A stretch of 64,000 nt of DNA from assembly GCA_020697715.1 (NCBI GenBank), contig JAEHCO010000001.1:576001-640000 (forward strand), read 5' to 3'. Below are positions 28,801 through 37,518 of this stretch, piece after piece. The translations under genes and the position numbers were made by a program. Source of the stretch: Methanobacteriota archaeon (lineage in GTDB: Archaea > Thermoplasmatota > Thermoplasmata > SG8-5 > JAGLSY01). Each line of letters opens with the position of its first letter. Within the stretch, counting starts at the first letter, position 1. The notes beneath the pieces are model-generated. The model did not search any database. It saw only the letters and a program-made list of their open reading frames with translations, and had not been told where the DNA came from.

Positions 28801-31338
28801 CACGATATCCGACATGCCAGATAGGACTACACTATGTGAAAAGGGCGATGGTATCTCATTATTCCTGGAGTAATGCACCACCCTCTTGCCTGCCTCGATA
28901 GATCTTATGATGTCTCGCGCATTCTCCAGATCCATGACCGTGGTCATGATCTCCCTGTAGGTTTCCTTCACCAGGGGGAAATCATCCGCATCACTGATGG
29001 CCCTCAGAACCTTCTGCGCCCTCTGCTGCTGCCTGCCAACAGGTACTGATCTTCCCTGATAGTTACGAAGGACCATCAGGCCCCTCGTACTACAGTGCCT
29101 GAACCTGTGCTTGAAAAGCTCGGTCTCGCCAACCGCTCTTTCCAAAAGCCCTACCAGTTCTTTTTCATTTATCAATCCATCAAAGTTCTCCAGGGGTATT
29201 TCCTTCGGCAAGGTGAGCATGAAATTATCATCAGTTATCGAAACACTGATGTTCGTGTCATATTTGTCGGATAATATCATGGCATAGGCTCTGGAAAGCG
29301 CGTCATTCACCCTTCTGCCAAAACAAAAGTGGAATATCAGATTGGTATTGCCTTTCTTGTCCACATACTCTTCCACCAGCAGGTCGCGATCGGATGGGAC
29401 ATTCTCACTAAAGGCCAGTTGCTCCCTGAAATACGAGATTATGCTATTCGCCCCTTGGCCGTCCAGATGGTAATTCTCGATGAGCCATTCCCTCAATTCT
29501 TTGGTCTTTTTGTCCACTTCTTTCTTCGATAATTTTTCAGGATCAAGTTCTCTTATTCGGTCTGTCACCAGCTCTCTGAACTTCCCTATATTGACCGAAA
29601 GATCGAAGCTTCTGGGAAGCATCTCCCCGGTCCAAGAAGGGACTGTCGGCCTCTTACCAGTCGCGTCCTTGACATAGAGGCTCATGCCCCTGGCTCTTTC
29701 AAATCTGTAGCTCTTACCACCCAGCACGAAGACATCACCAGGGCCAAGCTTTTCCACGAATCCCTCGGATAATTCTCCCAATCTACCGCCTTTGTCAGAG
29801 AAGACCTTGAAGTTCGCCTCCTCCGGTATGGTGCCACTATTGAGATAGTAGATGAGGCGACTTCCCTTTTTTAAGCCGAATGTGCCCTCCTCTTCATCCA
29901 GCCAGATCTTGGAATACACATTGGGCATGTCCCGGCTCCCAAGGTATCTGAGGACCGACATGTAGTCCTTTTTTGTCAATTTGTGATATGCATAAGAATT
30001 CCTGATAAGCGAATAAGCCTCTTCAATGTCCCACCTCTTCTCCAATGACAACCCTACAATGGTCTGCGCCAGCACATCCAGCGGGTTCTCCGGGATGCTC
30101 ACCCTATCAATATCATGATCCACCGCGCTTTTAGCCAGTACCGCACATTCCACCAGATCGTCATTATCAAAGACCATGAAACGCCCTTTGCTTTGCTGAC
30201 CGACACCATGGCCGGCTCTGCCCACTCTCTGTAATCCTTTAGCGATGGACTTTGGAGAACCTATCTGGCAAACAAGATCGATGCTTCCAATATCTATGCC
30301 CAGCTCCAGGGATGTGGATGAAATTGCTGCCTTCAACTCCCCATTCTTCAATCTATCTTCCACATCCAGTCGAGTTTCTCGACTCAGACTGCCATGATGG
30401 GCCGCGATGTCTTCCAGTCCCATCTCCCCCAGCTTCAACATCACCTGCTCTGTCCCGCTCCTGGTATTGGTGAAGACCAGAGTTGTCCGAGTGTCGTCGA
30501 TCATCTCCTTCAGACGTTCGTACATCCTGGCATTGACGATCTCAAAGGGCAGTGAGGTTATATCATCCACTGGAGTGATGACCTTGATGTCGAAATCCTT
30601 CCCTCCTTCTGCCTGGACCAGCGATACATCCCGTTCCTTGCCATTTTCATATCCGCCCAGGAATCTCGCGATCTCTCTAATGGGAGATTGCGTGGCAGAC
30701 AGTCCGATCCTCGCCGCATCTTTTTCCAGCCTCGATTGCAGGCGTTCGAGGGTGATGGATAGCATCGACCCCCTTTTTGAATTGCATATTTCATGGATCT
30801 CGTCGGTTATCAACCATTCCACCGACTTCAGATTCTCGCTGAACTTCGGTGTGGTCAGGACAATGGCCAGTGATTCCGGGGTGGTGATCAGGATATGCGG
30901 TGGCTTTCTGGACATTTTCTGCCGCTCGTAGGATGTCGTGTCGCCAGTTCGCACGCCGACACGTATCTCCGGAACCTCCATGCCAAGCTCCTTGGCAAGC
31001 TCTCCCAATTCGGCAAGTGGTTGCTTTAAATTTTTATCAATGTCATTGGCCAGAGCCTTCAATGGAGAAACATAAACACAGTATATCTCGTTCTTCAGTT
31101 CGCCCTTTTCCTGCTTGAGCATCAACTCATTTATAATGGATAGAAAAGCAGTGAGGGTCTTCCCAGAGCCAGTTGGTGATGATATCAGAACATTCTTGCG
31201 TTGGTGGATGACGGGGATGGAATAAGCTTGGGGCTCTGTGACATCCTCAAAGCTCCTCTCGAACCATGTCTGGACAAGGGGCAGCATTAGCCCCAATACC
31301 TGCTTTTTACTGTGTTTTTTCTTGACGGTGCGTATCAT
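25822..31338 (-). CDS. lhr: ATP-dependent Lhr-family SF2 helicase with a long C-terminal winged-helix-rich extension (1838 aa)
   Basis: SPTGSGKT, YVSPLKALANDI, DEIH, GLSAT, SLELGIDIG, QRVGRAGH, PLDVLAQ, FGRRVNDALSR, PSPFS. Confidence 0.93.
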   Translation of the reverse strand: MIRTVKKKHSKKQVLGLMLPLVQTWFERSFEDVTEPQAYSIPVIHQRKNVLISSPTGSGKTLTAFLSIINELMLKQEKGELKNEIYCVYVSPLKALANDIDKNLKQPLAELGELAKELGMEVPEIRVGVRTGDTTSYERQKMSRKPPHILITTPESLAIVLTTPKFSENLKSVEWLITDEIHEICNSKRGSMLSITLERLQSRLEKDAARIGLSATQSPIREIARFLGGYENGKERDVSLVQAEGGKDFDIKVITPVDDITSLPFEIVNARMYERLKEMIDDTRTTLVFTNTRSGTEQVMLKLGEMGLEDIAAHHGSLSRETRLDVEDRLKNGELKAAISSTSLELGIDIGSIDLVCQIGSPKSIAKGLQRVGRAGHGVGQQSKGRFMVFDNDDLVECAVLAKSAVDHDIDRVSIPENPLDVLAQTIVGLSLEKRWDIEEAYSLIRNSYAYHKLTKKDYMSVLRYLGSRDMPNVYSKIWLDEEEGTFGLKKGSRLIYYLNSGTIPEEANFKVFSDKGGRLGELSEGFVEKLGPGDVFVLGGKSYRFERARGMSLYVKDATGKRPTVPSWTGEMLPRSFDLSVNIGKFRELVTDRIRELDPEKLSKKEVDKKTKELREWLIENYHLDGQGANSIISYFREQLAFSENVPSDRDLLVEEYVDKKGNTNLIFHFCFGRRVNDALSRAYAMILSDKYDTNISVSITDDNFMLTLPKEIPLENFDGLINEKELVGLLERAVGETELFKHRFRHCSTRGLMVLRNYQGRSVPVGRQQQRAQKVLRAISDADDFPLVKETYREIMTTVMDLENARDIIRSIEAGKRVVHYSRNNEIPSPFSHSVVLSGMSDIVLMHDRSALLKEMHRKVLDRIGGAGSIKPEFKTSVVKEHFAGKLLDMHVRKKDDIIPLMRMTGPMELFQRKDRSIYDFSDVEADILAEWCKELVNDGEVHSIWAGRSLWIPSDIAASYASIYRSDDEITQDGQKVMDIMADAKKPISTRIISNKLEAMDGIEWDNASTRKVLNSLERRYLTAKTQMDGKGFGLWGELVVEPAPEGEKYLKDRVMNHLDLFAPLSIEELSFEMRLPEEVLEGVLESMQSEVEVMAKSFTEPYVQYMLAQDYSDLKSTGEEITISPSELSNYRTWKHFNGFKNIDDFFERYGSVGMLNDVVTRMGLEGIEDWGEKRRSGDVLQGRFWDGSVCFVRKQDAPKFINAFRKEELGKVDKQILKIISDNPGADIIKIHEISEIPKDALKPIVEKLDRNMHIARKPADRTGFNPNYESWATRNKYYKLGSKRSSVDGKAWLLKKLISAYGPVSMYDLARSAGMRRDEIRNYLLELRKTGKLAEVSVIGSEGQKLYIWEKEVKSLRSGGGKGYKQVKEAVRILTIFDPSTFHHKNEIRMKYGDAWYYTIFRGSKLIGMMEMWEMSGCLEIRELDLDDPDDLPDVLKAIDDFSEFYKRNYHEVIRITGAFRESVVEMDKKYIKVFEKAGYFRSRNWLLKGDVVDLTLTDENVVSYLLWKQHILPERHFEDMETGLIKLGGFKSDHEAALRVDDAMDLKQMLKDDMVERGQVIPEYLTFVLPDELAMYKAAKGVEVDREMSYIVGILDREHKMKRNQLIEAVPLSYENGVEALNRLIKGLHVLRGKRNLHYLSPMTNYSQEKGREEVLWLIIDSFGIFSAENLSLYTKSEYKMGEIRRALSKFEKQGKLVKGYISEDDNLLYWLVKEDVPKLPMEPHDVNIILAPSAYDRLSTYLMPFTRKKFGFGSCFIVISGGAIVGVFRANMRRTELLVGEYRGQEEGWDMIRDYAIDIGRRMTIKEKEGAISEDEIMDWYDKTSGREFN

Positions 31339-31437
31339 GTTTTAATACCTGTTTCATAGCTCTGGATGGCGATGAACGACAGGGATTGGGTTGAGGGGTT
31401 ATGTAGTTTCCGGCTGAATATGGATTAGATTTTTTGA

Positions 31438-31613
31438 GTGTTTAGGAATCTCAGAGAGATGGAACATCCCCGCCCTAGATCATCAATGTGTCATTGAACC
31501 AGACGGGGTTTTCGAATAGGTAGCACTCTGTGACTGTCACTCGTAGAGATACAGAATATAGTACCCCGCCCTCCAGTTGCGTAAATGCTGTAATTCAGAC
31601 GGGGCATGTTGCA
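31438..31613 (-). repeat. Copy A of a dispersed twin-hairpin non-coding element
   Basis: Its reverse complement shares ordered blocks with 44573-44712: aacatgccccgtctga, ggagggcggggtactatattc, cgRgtgacagt, ctattcgaaa, ccccgtc, agggcgggga, ccatctctct, ctaaacac. Confidence 0.88.
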
Positions 31614-31706
31614 GGGAACATGTTGATAGTATGATGGCTCATTGTTGATTATTAATGGGTTAGATTTATAAGCACGACCAATTATCAGCCTTCAACTGAG
31701 GATATT

Positions 31707-33062
31707 ATGTCATTAACACAATGGTACCTGTTCGCCTTCGGGCTGATCTTTCTCTGGATAATAGTAGAGTATATCATCTGGAAGAGCAAGTACTATGCCA
31801 AGCTGGACAAGTACAATCTCAGTTTCTACGGTCCCTTCTTGATGTGGAGGACGAAGAAAGGCCGTGACATTATTGAAAGGGCATCGCAGAACAAGAAATT
31901 CTGCAAGTTTTATGGCAATCTCGCTATCCTCATAGTAGGTGGTGCTATGGTGTCCATGACGGCTGTCTTGGCCTGGGTGGCCACCCTGGTCGTGAAGATC
32001 CCGGATAGAGCGATCATCGAACCACACATGATGCTCGGATTGCCTGGGATAAATCCAATAATACCTCTTTGGTATGGAATTCTCGGTCTGGTCGTCGCTA
32101 TCATAATCCACGAGTTCTCACATGGTATAATGGCCCGTCATGCGGACGTGAAAGTCCTATCACTCGGCCTTACTTTCTGGATAATCCCAATGGGCGCCTT
32201 CATGGAGCCAGATGAGGAGAAGATTCTGAAGATAGATGCCAAGCACAGGACAAGGATGTTCGCTGTTGGCCCTGCATCTAATCTCATAGTCGCTGCTGTT
32301 TGTGCGATGATATTTTCCGGCTTGCTCATGGGGGCTGTTGGCCCTGCGAACAATGGTGATGGTATTGGAATTACTGGCATAGTGGCTGATTCCCCAGCCT
32401 ATGATAATCTAACTGCAGGTGCTATCATGGTGTCTTTCAATGGCACCCCAGTTCAAACTTATGGTGATTTCTCGGATCTTGTTCAGGATACCACCGCGGG
32501 ACAGAACGTGACCATCGATACCTATCACAAGGACACAGGGTCCGATTCGATCACTTTGACCATGGCCAATAGATATGATTATACAGATGAAGAAGAAGAT
32601 AATGGCACAGGATATCTGGGTGTTTCCACTCAGGACATATCCACCGACGCCTTCCATCCCTTCAAGGGGGCGGATGAGCAGGGCGGCATTATCCAATCAA
32701 TGGCCTTGTACATCACTCTGCCATTGCAGAGGATGAGCCCGGTATCGGAAGACACGAGCGTCTTCTACGAGATAACAGGTCCACTTTCATCCATCCCCGA
32801 ACCTATCTTCTGGGTCATAGCCAATTCCATCTACTGGATCTTCTGGCTGAACCTTATGGTAGGGCTTACTAATGCATTGCCAGCTGTTCCTCTGGACGGC
32901 GGATACATATTCAAGGACTGGCTCGAAGGCCTTGTAAAGAGGCTGAAACCCAATATGGAAGAGGAAAAGAGAACAAAGGCCATAGATTCGACGACCATGT
33001 TCCTGGCATTCTCCATTCTATTTCTAATACTGTGGCAGATCATCGGGCCGCGTATACTTTAG
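31707..33062 (+). CDS. Site-2 protease (M50 intramembrane metalloprotease) with PDZ domain
   Basis: HEFSH zinc motif, GAFMEPDEE, AVGPASN, a PDZ-like segment and NALPAVPLDGG. Confidence 0.92.
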   Translation: MSLTQWYLFAFGLIFLWIIVEYIIWKSKYYAKLDKYNLSFYGPFLMWRTKKGRDIIERASQNKKFCKFYGNLAILIVGGAMVSMTAVLAWVATLVVKIPDRAIIEPHMMLGLPGINPIIPLWYGILGLVVAIIIHEFSHGIMARHADVKVLSLGLTFWIIPMGAFMEPDEEKILKIDAKHRTRMFAVGPASNLIVAAVCAMIFSGLLMGAVGPANNGDGIGITGIVADSPAYDNLTAGAIMVSFNGTPVQTYGDFSDLVQDTTAGQNVTIDTYHKDTGSDSITLTMANRYDYTDEEEDNGTGYLGVSTQDISTDAFHPFKGADEQGGIIQSMALYITLPLQRMSPVSEDTSVFYEITGPLSSIPEPIFWVIANSIYWIFWLNLMVGLTNALPAVPLDGGYIFKDWLEGLVKRLKPNMEEEKRTKAIDSTTMFLAFSILFLILWQIIGPRIL

Positions 33063-33085
33063 ATATCACTATATCCGTATGTAGG

Positions 33086-36001
33086 TCATCGACTTTGATC
33101 CAGTAATGCATCACAATCCTTCATCATCTTGACCATTCCAGATCTCTCAAATATCTCTTTAGCTTCTTCAATCAGCCTACGGCCTTCTTCATTACCTTCA
33201 TCTTTCAATAATAAGATCCCATGCTCGAAAAGTGTCTTGGCAGCCTCAGCCTCCATCCCCAGTTCTCCGAAGGTACTGGCCGCTAATTCCAGGCAATCAC
33301 AGGCCTTATTTTTCTGCCCCTTTGCCGCATGGATCATGCCTTGTGCCCTGAGTCCCCATATCTCTGTTCTTTTAGATCCTATCTCCAGTGATAGGGTTAT
33401 ACCCGCCTCACAATCGGCCGCTGCTTTTTCCATCTGGCCAAGGGCAACCCTCGATGGGATCACAGCCGTTAGATTGTTCACTATCTGCTGTTTATCGCCT
33501 ATATCGCGAGCGATCTTCAATGCTTTATCATAAGCCACTATGGCCTCTTCATGCCTTTCCTGCTCGGCCAGCACATTACCGATATTGTTCAGTGATGAGG
33601 CCATTCCACTGGGGTCCCCGGTCTTCTCCATTATCCTTAGGCATTCCTCATAGTATTCCAGGGCCTTATCGAAATCCCCCATGTTCTTTCTTATGATGCC
33701 GATATTGTTCAGTGTGTAGGATTTACCCTGCAGGTCCTTGGTCTTTTCCAAAAGCTCCAGAGCCTCTTCATAATACTTCATGGCCTCAAGGAATGAGCCT
33801 TTGGCCAGATACACATTTCCAATGTTGTTGTAAGCCGCACTCAGGCCATAGAGGTCGTTCAATTCCTCTCCCATCTTCTTCCCCATATCGTGACACCTCA
33901 GGCTCTCATCATGATTTCCCATGAGCAGATGGCAGACACCCAGTATCTTCCAGGCCCGACCAGCGGTCTTCTTCGCATCTATACTGTCCACATCCTCAAG
34001 GATCTCTATACCATTCTGTGCCATGCTTATCGTATCATCAAAATGCCCTTTATTGAGATTCACGAAGGACCTGGCTATCATAAGGAATCCCATCTCATCA
34101 TGTTTTATTTCCTCCAGTAGTTCTTCGGCTTCAGTGAGCTCCGCAAGAGCATCATCGAACTGCCCGTGCATTGTCATGATATAGGCTCTTCGTCTGTGTA
34201 TACGGGCTTTTGAACCATCATCATCCGCCGCATCCAGTGCCTTTGAATAAGTTTCTAGAGAACTCTCAAACGACCCCAATAGACCTTTCATCTCCCCCAC
34301 CCTTTCCAGAAGCATGAACTCATGCTCGCGAGCGAGAGGGCCTAATTTCATTTTAGGGATCGCATCCACTGCCTTTAGATAGAATTCTGTGGCCAGATCT
34401 GGTGAGAAGGAGCTTTCTGCCTTTTCGCCAGCTAATCTGGAGTAATCAAAGCTCTTTGTATGCTCCCTTGAGTTGGAAAAGTGTCTTGCCAGTTCATATA
34501 TGACCTCATCTTGTTTAGACGCATATTCCTTCTCATACCACTCTCCGATCTCCTTGTGATAGAGCATCTTCCACCTATCTGGAAGGCTATCGTACACAAT
34601 ACTCTGGAACATGGCATGGGAAAACTGATCGATATCATTGATATTGACGAATATCCCTGCTTTACCTAGCTTTTCTATTGAGCTTCCAGGGTCCTTCAAT
34701 GAGTTGGAGGTCAATAAGACCTTTCTGTCGAACTCCTTTCCTACGCAGGAGGCGAATTCCATGAGGGCCAAAGAGCCTGTATCAAGCACTTCCAATCTGT
34801 GCTGGACCACGGCCTCTATGGTATCCGGCATTGTGATATTATCATCATCGAGATAGTATTTCCCTTCTTTCTTCACAATACTACCAGTGTCCTCAAGGGA
34901 TCTGAGGAGCTCGGATGCGAAGAAAGGATTGCCACCACTCTGCGATGATATATCTGCTAGGAAGTCTTTTGGGAATCTATTATTTGGAAAAAGAGCGAAT
35001 GCCAGATCCTCGATGTTATCTTCATTGAATTTGCCAAGGTCCAAGATATTGATCCCCCCATCATCTTTGACATCCTCCAAAGAATCCAGCACCTGCTTTC
35101 CTTCCCTGGGTCTAAGGGTGCCTAATATCATGATCTTTCGGTTTCGAATGTTCCTCGATATGTAATTCAGGACAAATATCGAGGATTCATCGGCCCATTG
35201 AAGATCCTCCAATAGTAAGATCATGCTCTTGTCATCACTAAGAGCATGAAGGGCTTCCAGCACCTCTTCCGATATCCTTGTCCTCTCTTGCTCCAGGCTT
35301 ATACCTTCCAGGCTCTTCCGAACTAGGAACTTGGACTGTGCCAGAAGTACGATCTCATCCTGGATCCCTTTGATATCCTCCGTACTGCCAGACCAATTTT
35401 CGAGTATATGACCGTATTTGCTTTCGATCCGATCCAAAGAGTTGCGGACCATGGATTTCATGTTCTCATGTTCGGAGCCAGTGAATACCGCTGTTAGGAA
35501 TAGATGGTCGCCATGTTCGATTATTATCTTCATATTGCCGTATTCTAAACGACCCAGGGTATTCTTGTTCTCTGTGCTTCTGTCGAAAGAATCTCTTACA
35601 AAATCCTGAACTGCTGAGAGCATACCCGCAAATATGTCTCCATCCAGACCTTCATCCTCAGGTGCTGCCTGCCCTACAAGTATGCCTGCTCTGTCCACTG
35701 CAAAGAGTTCGGTGAAAGACCTGTATTCATGATCTTCAAAAAGTGGTCTTTCAGCACTCTCGCCAAGAGCTCTTGAGAATATCTGGAACGGCTCAGAAGA
35801 TTCATCCAATGCAGTACCCATAAGGATGTCTGATGTATCACTTGATGAAGAAGCTAGGAACTCTCGTATAAGTGTGGTCTTTCCCAGACCGGCCTCTCCA
35901 GATATAAGTATGGTATTTCCCTTTCCCTCCAAAGCTCTTTCGAGTCCTTTTCTAAGTTCAGCCAGCTCCTTCTCCCGTCCAATAAATCCTTCCAAGCTCA
36001 T
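33086..36001 (-). CDS. STAND-class AAA ATPase (AAA_16/MalT-like) with an internal longin/roadblock-like insert and a C-terminal TPR array
   Basis: FIGREKEL, Walker A GEAGLGKT, Walker B LLLEDLQWAD, GGNPFF, FSHAM, and multiple TPRs (AYNNIGNVY...YYEEALE). Confidence 0.88.
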   Translation of the reverse strand: MSLEGFIGREKELAELRKGLERALEGKGNTILISGEAGLGKTTLIREFLASSSSDTSDILMGTALDESSEPFQIFSRALGESAERPLFEDHEYRSFTELFAVDRAGILVGQAAPEDEGLDGDIFAGMLSAVQDFVRDSFDRSTENKNTLGRLEYGNMKIIIEHGDHLFLTAVFTGSEHENMKSMVRNSLDRIESKYGHILENWSGSTEDIKGIQDEIVLLAQSKFLVRKSLEGISLEQERTRISEEVLEALHALSDDKSMILLLEDLQWADESSIFVLNYISRNIRNRKIMILGTLRPREGKQVLDSLEDVKDDGGINILDLGKFNEDNIEDLAFALFPNNRFPKDFLADISSQSGGNPFFASELLRSLEDTGSIVKKEGKYYLDDDNITMPDTIEAVVQHRLEVLDTGSLALMEFASCVGKEFDRKVLLTSNSLKDPGSSIEKLGKAGIFVNINDIDQFSHAMFQSIVYDSLPDRWKMLYHKEIGEWYEKEYASKQDEVIYELARHFSNSREHTKSFDYSRLAGEKAESSFSPDLATEFYLKAVDAIPKMKLGPLAREHEFMLLERVGEMKGLLGSFESSLETYSKALDAADDDGSKARIHRRRAYIMTMHGQFDDALAELTEAEELLEEIKHDEMGFLMIARSFVNLNKGHFDDTISMAQNGIEILEDVDSIDAKKTAGRAWKILGVCHLLMGNHDESLRCHDMGKKMGEELNDLYGLSAAYNNIGNVYLAKGSFLEAMKYYEEALELLEKTKDLQGKSYTLNNIGIIRKNMGDFDKALEYYEECLRIMEKTGDPSGMASSLNNIGNVLAEQERHEEAIVAYDKALKIARDIGDKQQIVNNLTAVIPSRVALGQMEKAAADCEAGITLSLEIGSKRTEIWGLRAQGMIHAAKGQKNKACDCLELAASTFGELGMEAEAAKTLFEHGILLLKDEGNEEGRRLIEEAKEIFERSGMVKMMKDCDALLDQSR

Positions 36002-36268
36002 TCTTTCCCTCCTATGTCATCGATGACCGCTTTTCGAACATATATGATTTATGTTATCCTTCTACGATCATGCATACTTTGGTAACCCATATATCGTGGG
36101 CGATATTAGAAGTTGATAGGCAAACCTCTGAATTGCCCGCCCTATTTAATTGTTCAACCCCCCACCCTGCGCTCCTCCGCTGACAAAACCCGTCCCCCCC
36201 TTTTGTCTGCTCGGAGCTCACTATGGCTATCACTAGTAATTAGAATATTATGATATCTCATATTCTGC

Positions 36269-36964
36269 TTAATCCGAAACTATCTCGAATCCATCCTTGT
36301 CGAATATCAGTGGTGAGTATCCTCTCTTGTGGCTGGTCTGCCTCATCTTCACAACACCAAGGAATAAGTTAACCTGGTTCCCTTCTCTTTTCAGATCAAG
36401 GTGCATGATACCATCTGACAAGAAATCCTCATCGTACTTGCAGAACTGGTCCGATCCCTGTTGCATCTCGGTAATCAAGAAGGCTGTGACGTTCATATCT
36501 CTCAGCCATTCGAAGAAATGGAATAGTTCTTCTCTCGGATGCTGGAATCTGGCCATAACCTCCAGAACAGGTAATGAATCAATTACCACGACCTTGATGT
36601 CCATGTTCTTCTTCAGGTTCTGGATGTACATCTTGAAGACTTCCATCCAGGTCTGATTGGTAAGCTGGGTGAGCTTCTTCCTAATCATTCCCAGATCAAG
36701 GACACTTATCTCTTTTTCCAGACCGCCCAGCTTCATTCCCAGGCCGTCCATATTTGTTAAAAGGCTTTCCCTGCTTTGCTCCAAAGTGACATAGACTCCA
36801 CTGACATCTTCAATATTCGCATTGTGATACAAAATATTGAAAGCCAGTGAGGATTTCATTGTTCCAGGCTTGCCTGCGATAAGTATGACACTGCCATCTG
36901 GAACGCCTCCACTCATTTCCTTGTCCAGTCCCTTGATAAAGGTCTTAACTCTATTGATCTTCAT
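36269..36964 (-). CDS. KaiC/RAD55-like single-domain RecA-superfamily ATPase
   Basis: RVKTFIKGLD...GGVP, Walker A GKPGTMKS, YVTLEQ, VVIDS, LITE, KMRQTSH. Start set at ATG 36964 after a GGAGGA SD. Confidence 0.9.
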   Translation of the reverse strand: MKINRVKTFIKGLDKEMSGGVPDGSVILIAGKPGTMKSSLAFNILYHNANIEDVSGVYVTLEQSRESLLTNMDGLGMKLGGLEKEISVLDLGMIRKKLTQLTNQTWMEVFKMYIQNLKKNMDIKVVVIDSLPVLEVMARFQHPREELFHFFEWLRDMNVTAFLITEMQQGSDQFCKYDEDFLSDGIMHLDLKREGNQVNLFLGVVKMRQTSHKRGYSPLIFDKDGFEIVSD

Positions 36965-37187
36965 TGAGCTTCCTCCGATTCGATTCCCATAGTTCACTAT
37001 AATGATAAAAGCCTATCGGTTATTGAATAAGTCAAAAGTGTCAATATGGATAATTCTGGCTGGTCATTTTGACATTATATTAGTTATCATTGTTAATATT
37101 TGAGTCATATATCCGTCTATATCTTTTTATATCATCACTTATTGTTAATCTTATAATAAGTATATAATGAACCCAGGGGCTGAATTG

Positions 37188-37463
37188 ATGGTAGATGACA
37201 ATATAATATATATCGGCAAAAAAGAAACAATGAGCTATGTTCTGGCAGTGACAGGTCAGCTCAATGGAGAAGCAGGCAAGGTGACCATCAAGGCCAGGGG
37301 TAGAAGCATAAGCAAGGCGGTCGATGTGGCCGAGATAACAAGGAACAAGGTAATTACAACGGCCGTGGTGGATGATATCAAGATATACACCGAGAACCTG
37401 GAGAACGATGACGGCAGGAAGACTAATGTGTCTTCCATCGAGATCCTTTTAAAGAAGGAATGA
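37188..37463 (+). CDS. albA: DNA/RNA-binding protein Alba
   Basis: IYIGKKETMSYVLAV...IKARGRSISKAVDVAEI...NVSSIEI. Confidence 0.95.
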   Translation: MVDDNIIYIGKKETMSYVLAVTGQLNGEAGKVTIKARGRSISKAVDVAEITRNKVITTAVVDDIKIYTENLENDDGRKTNVSSIEILLKKE

Positions 37464-37518
37464 TCAGATCAATGGATTTGAATAATATATAACATAATTG
37501 ACTAGGCTGGTGCTTCCA

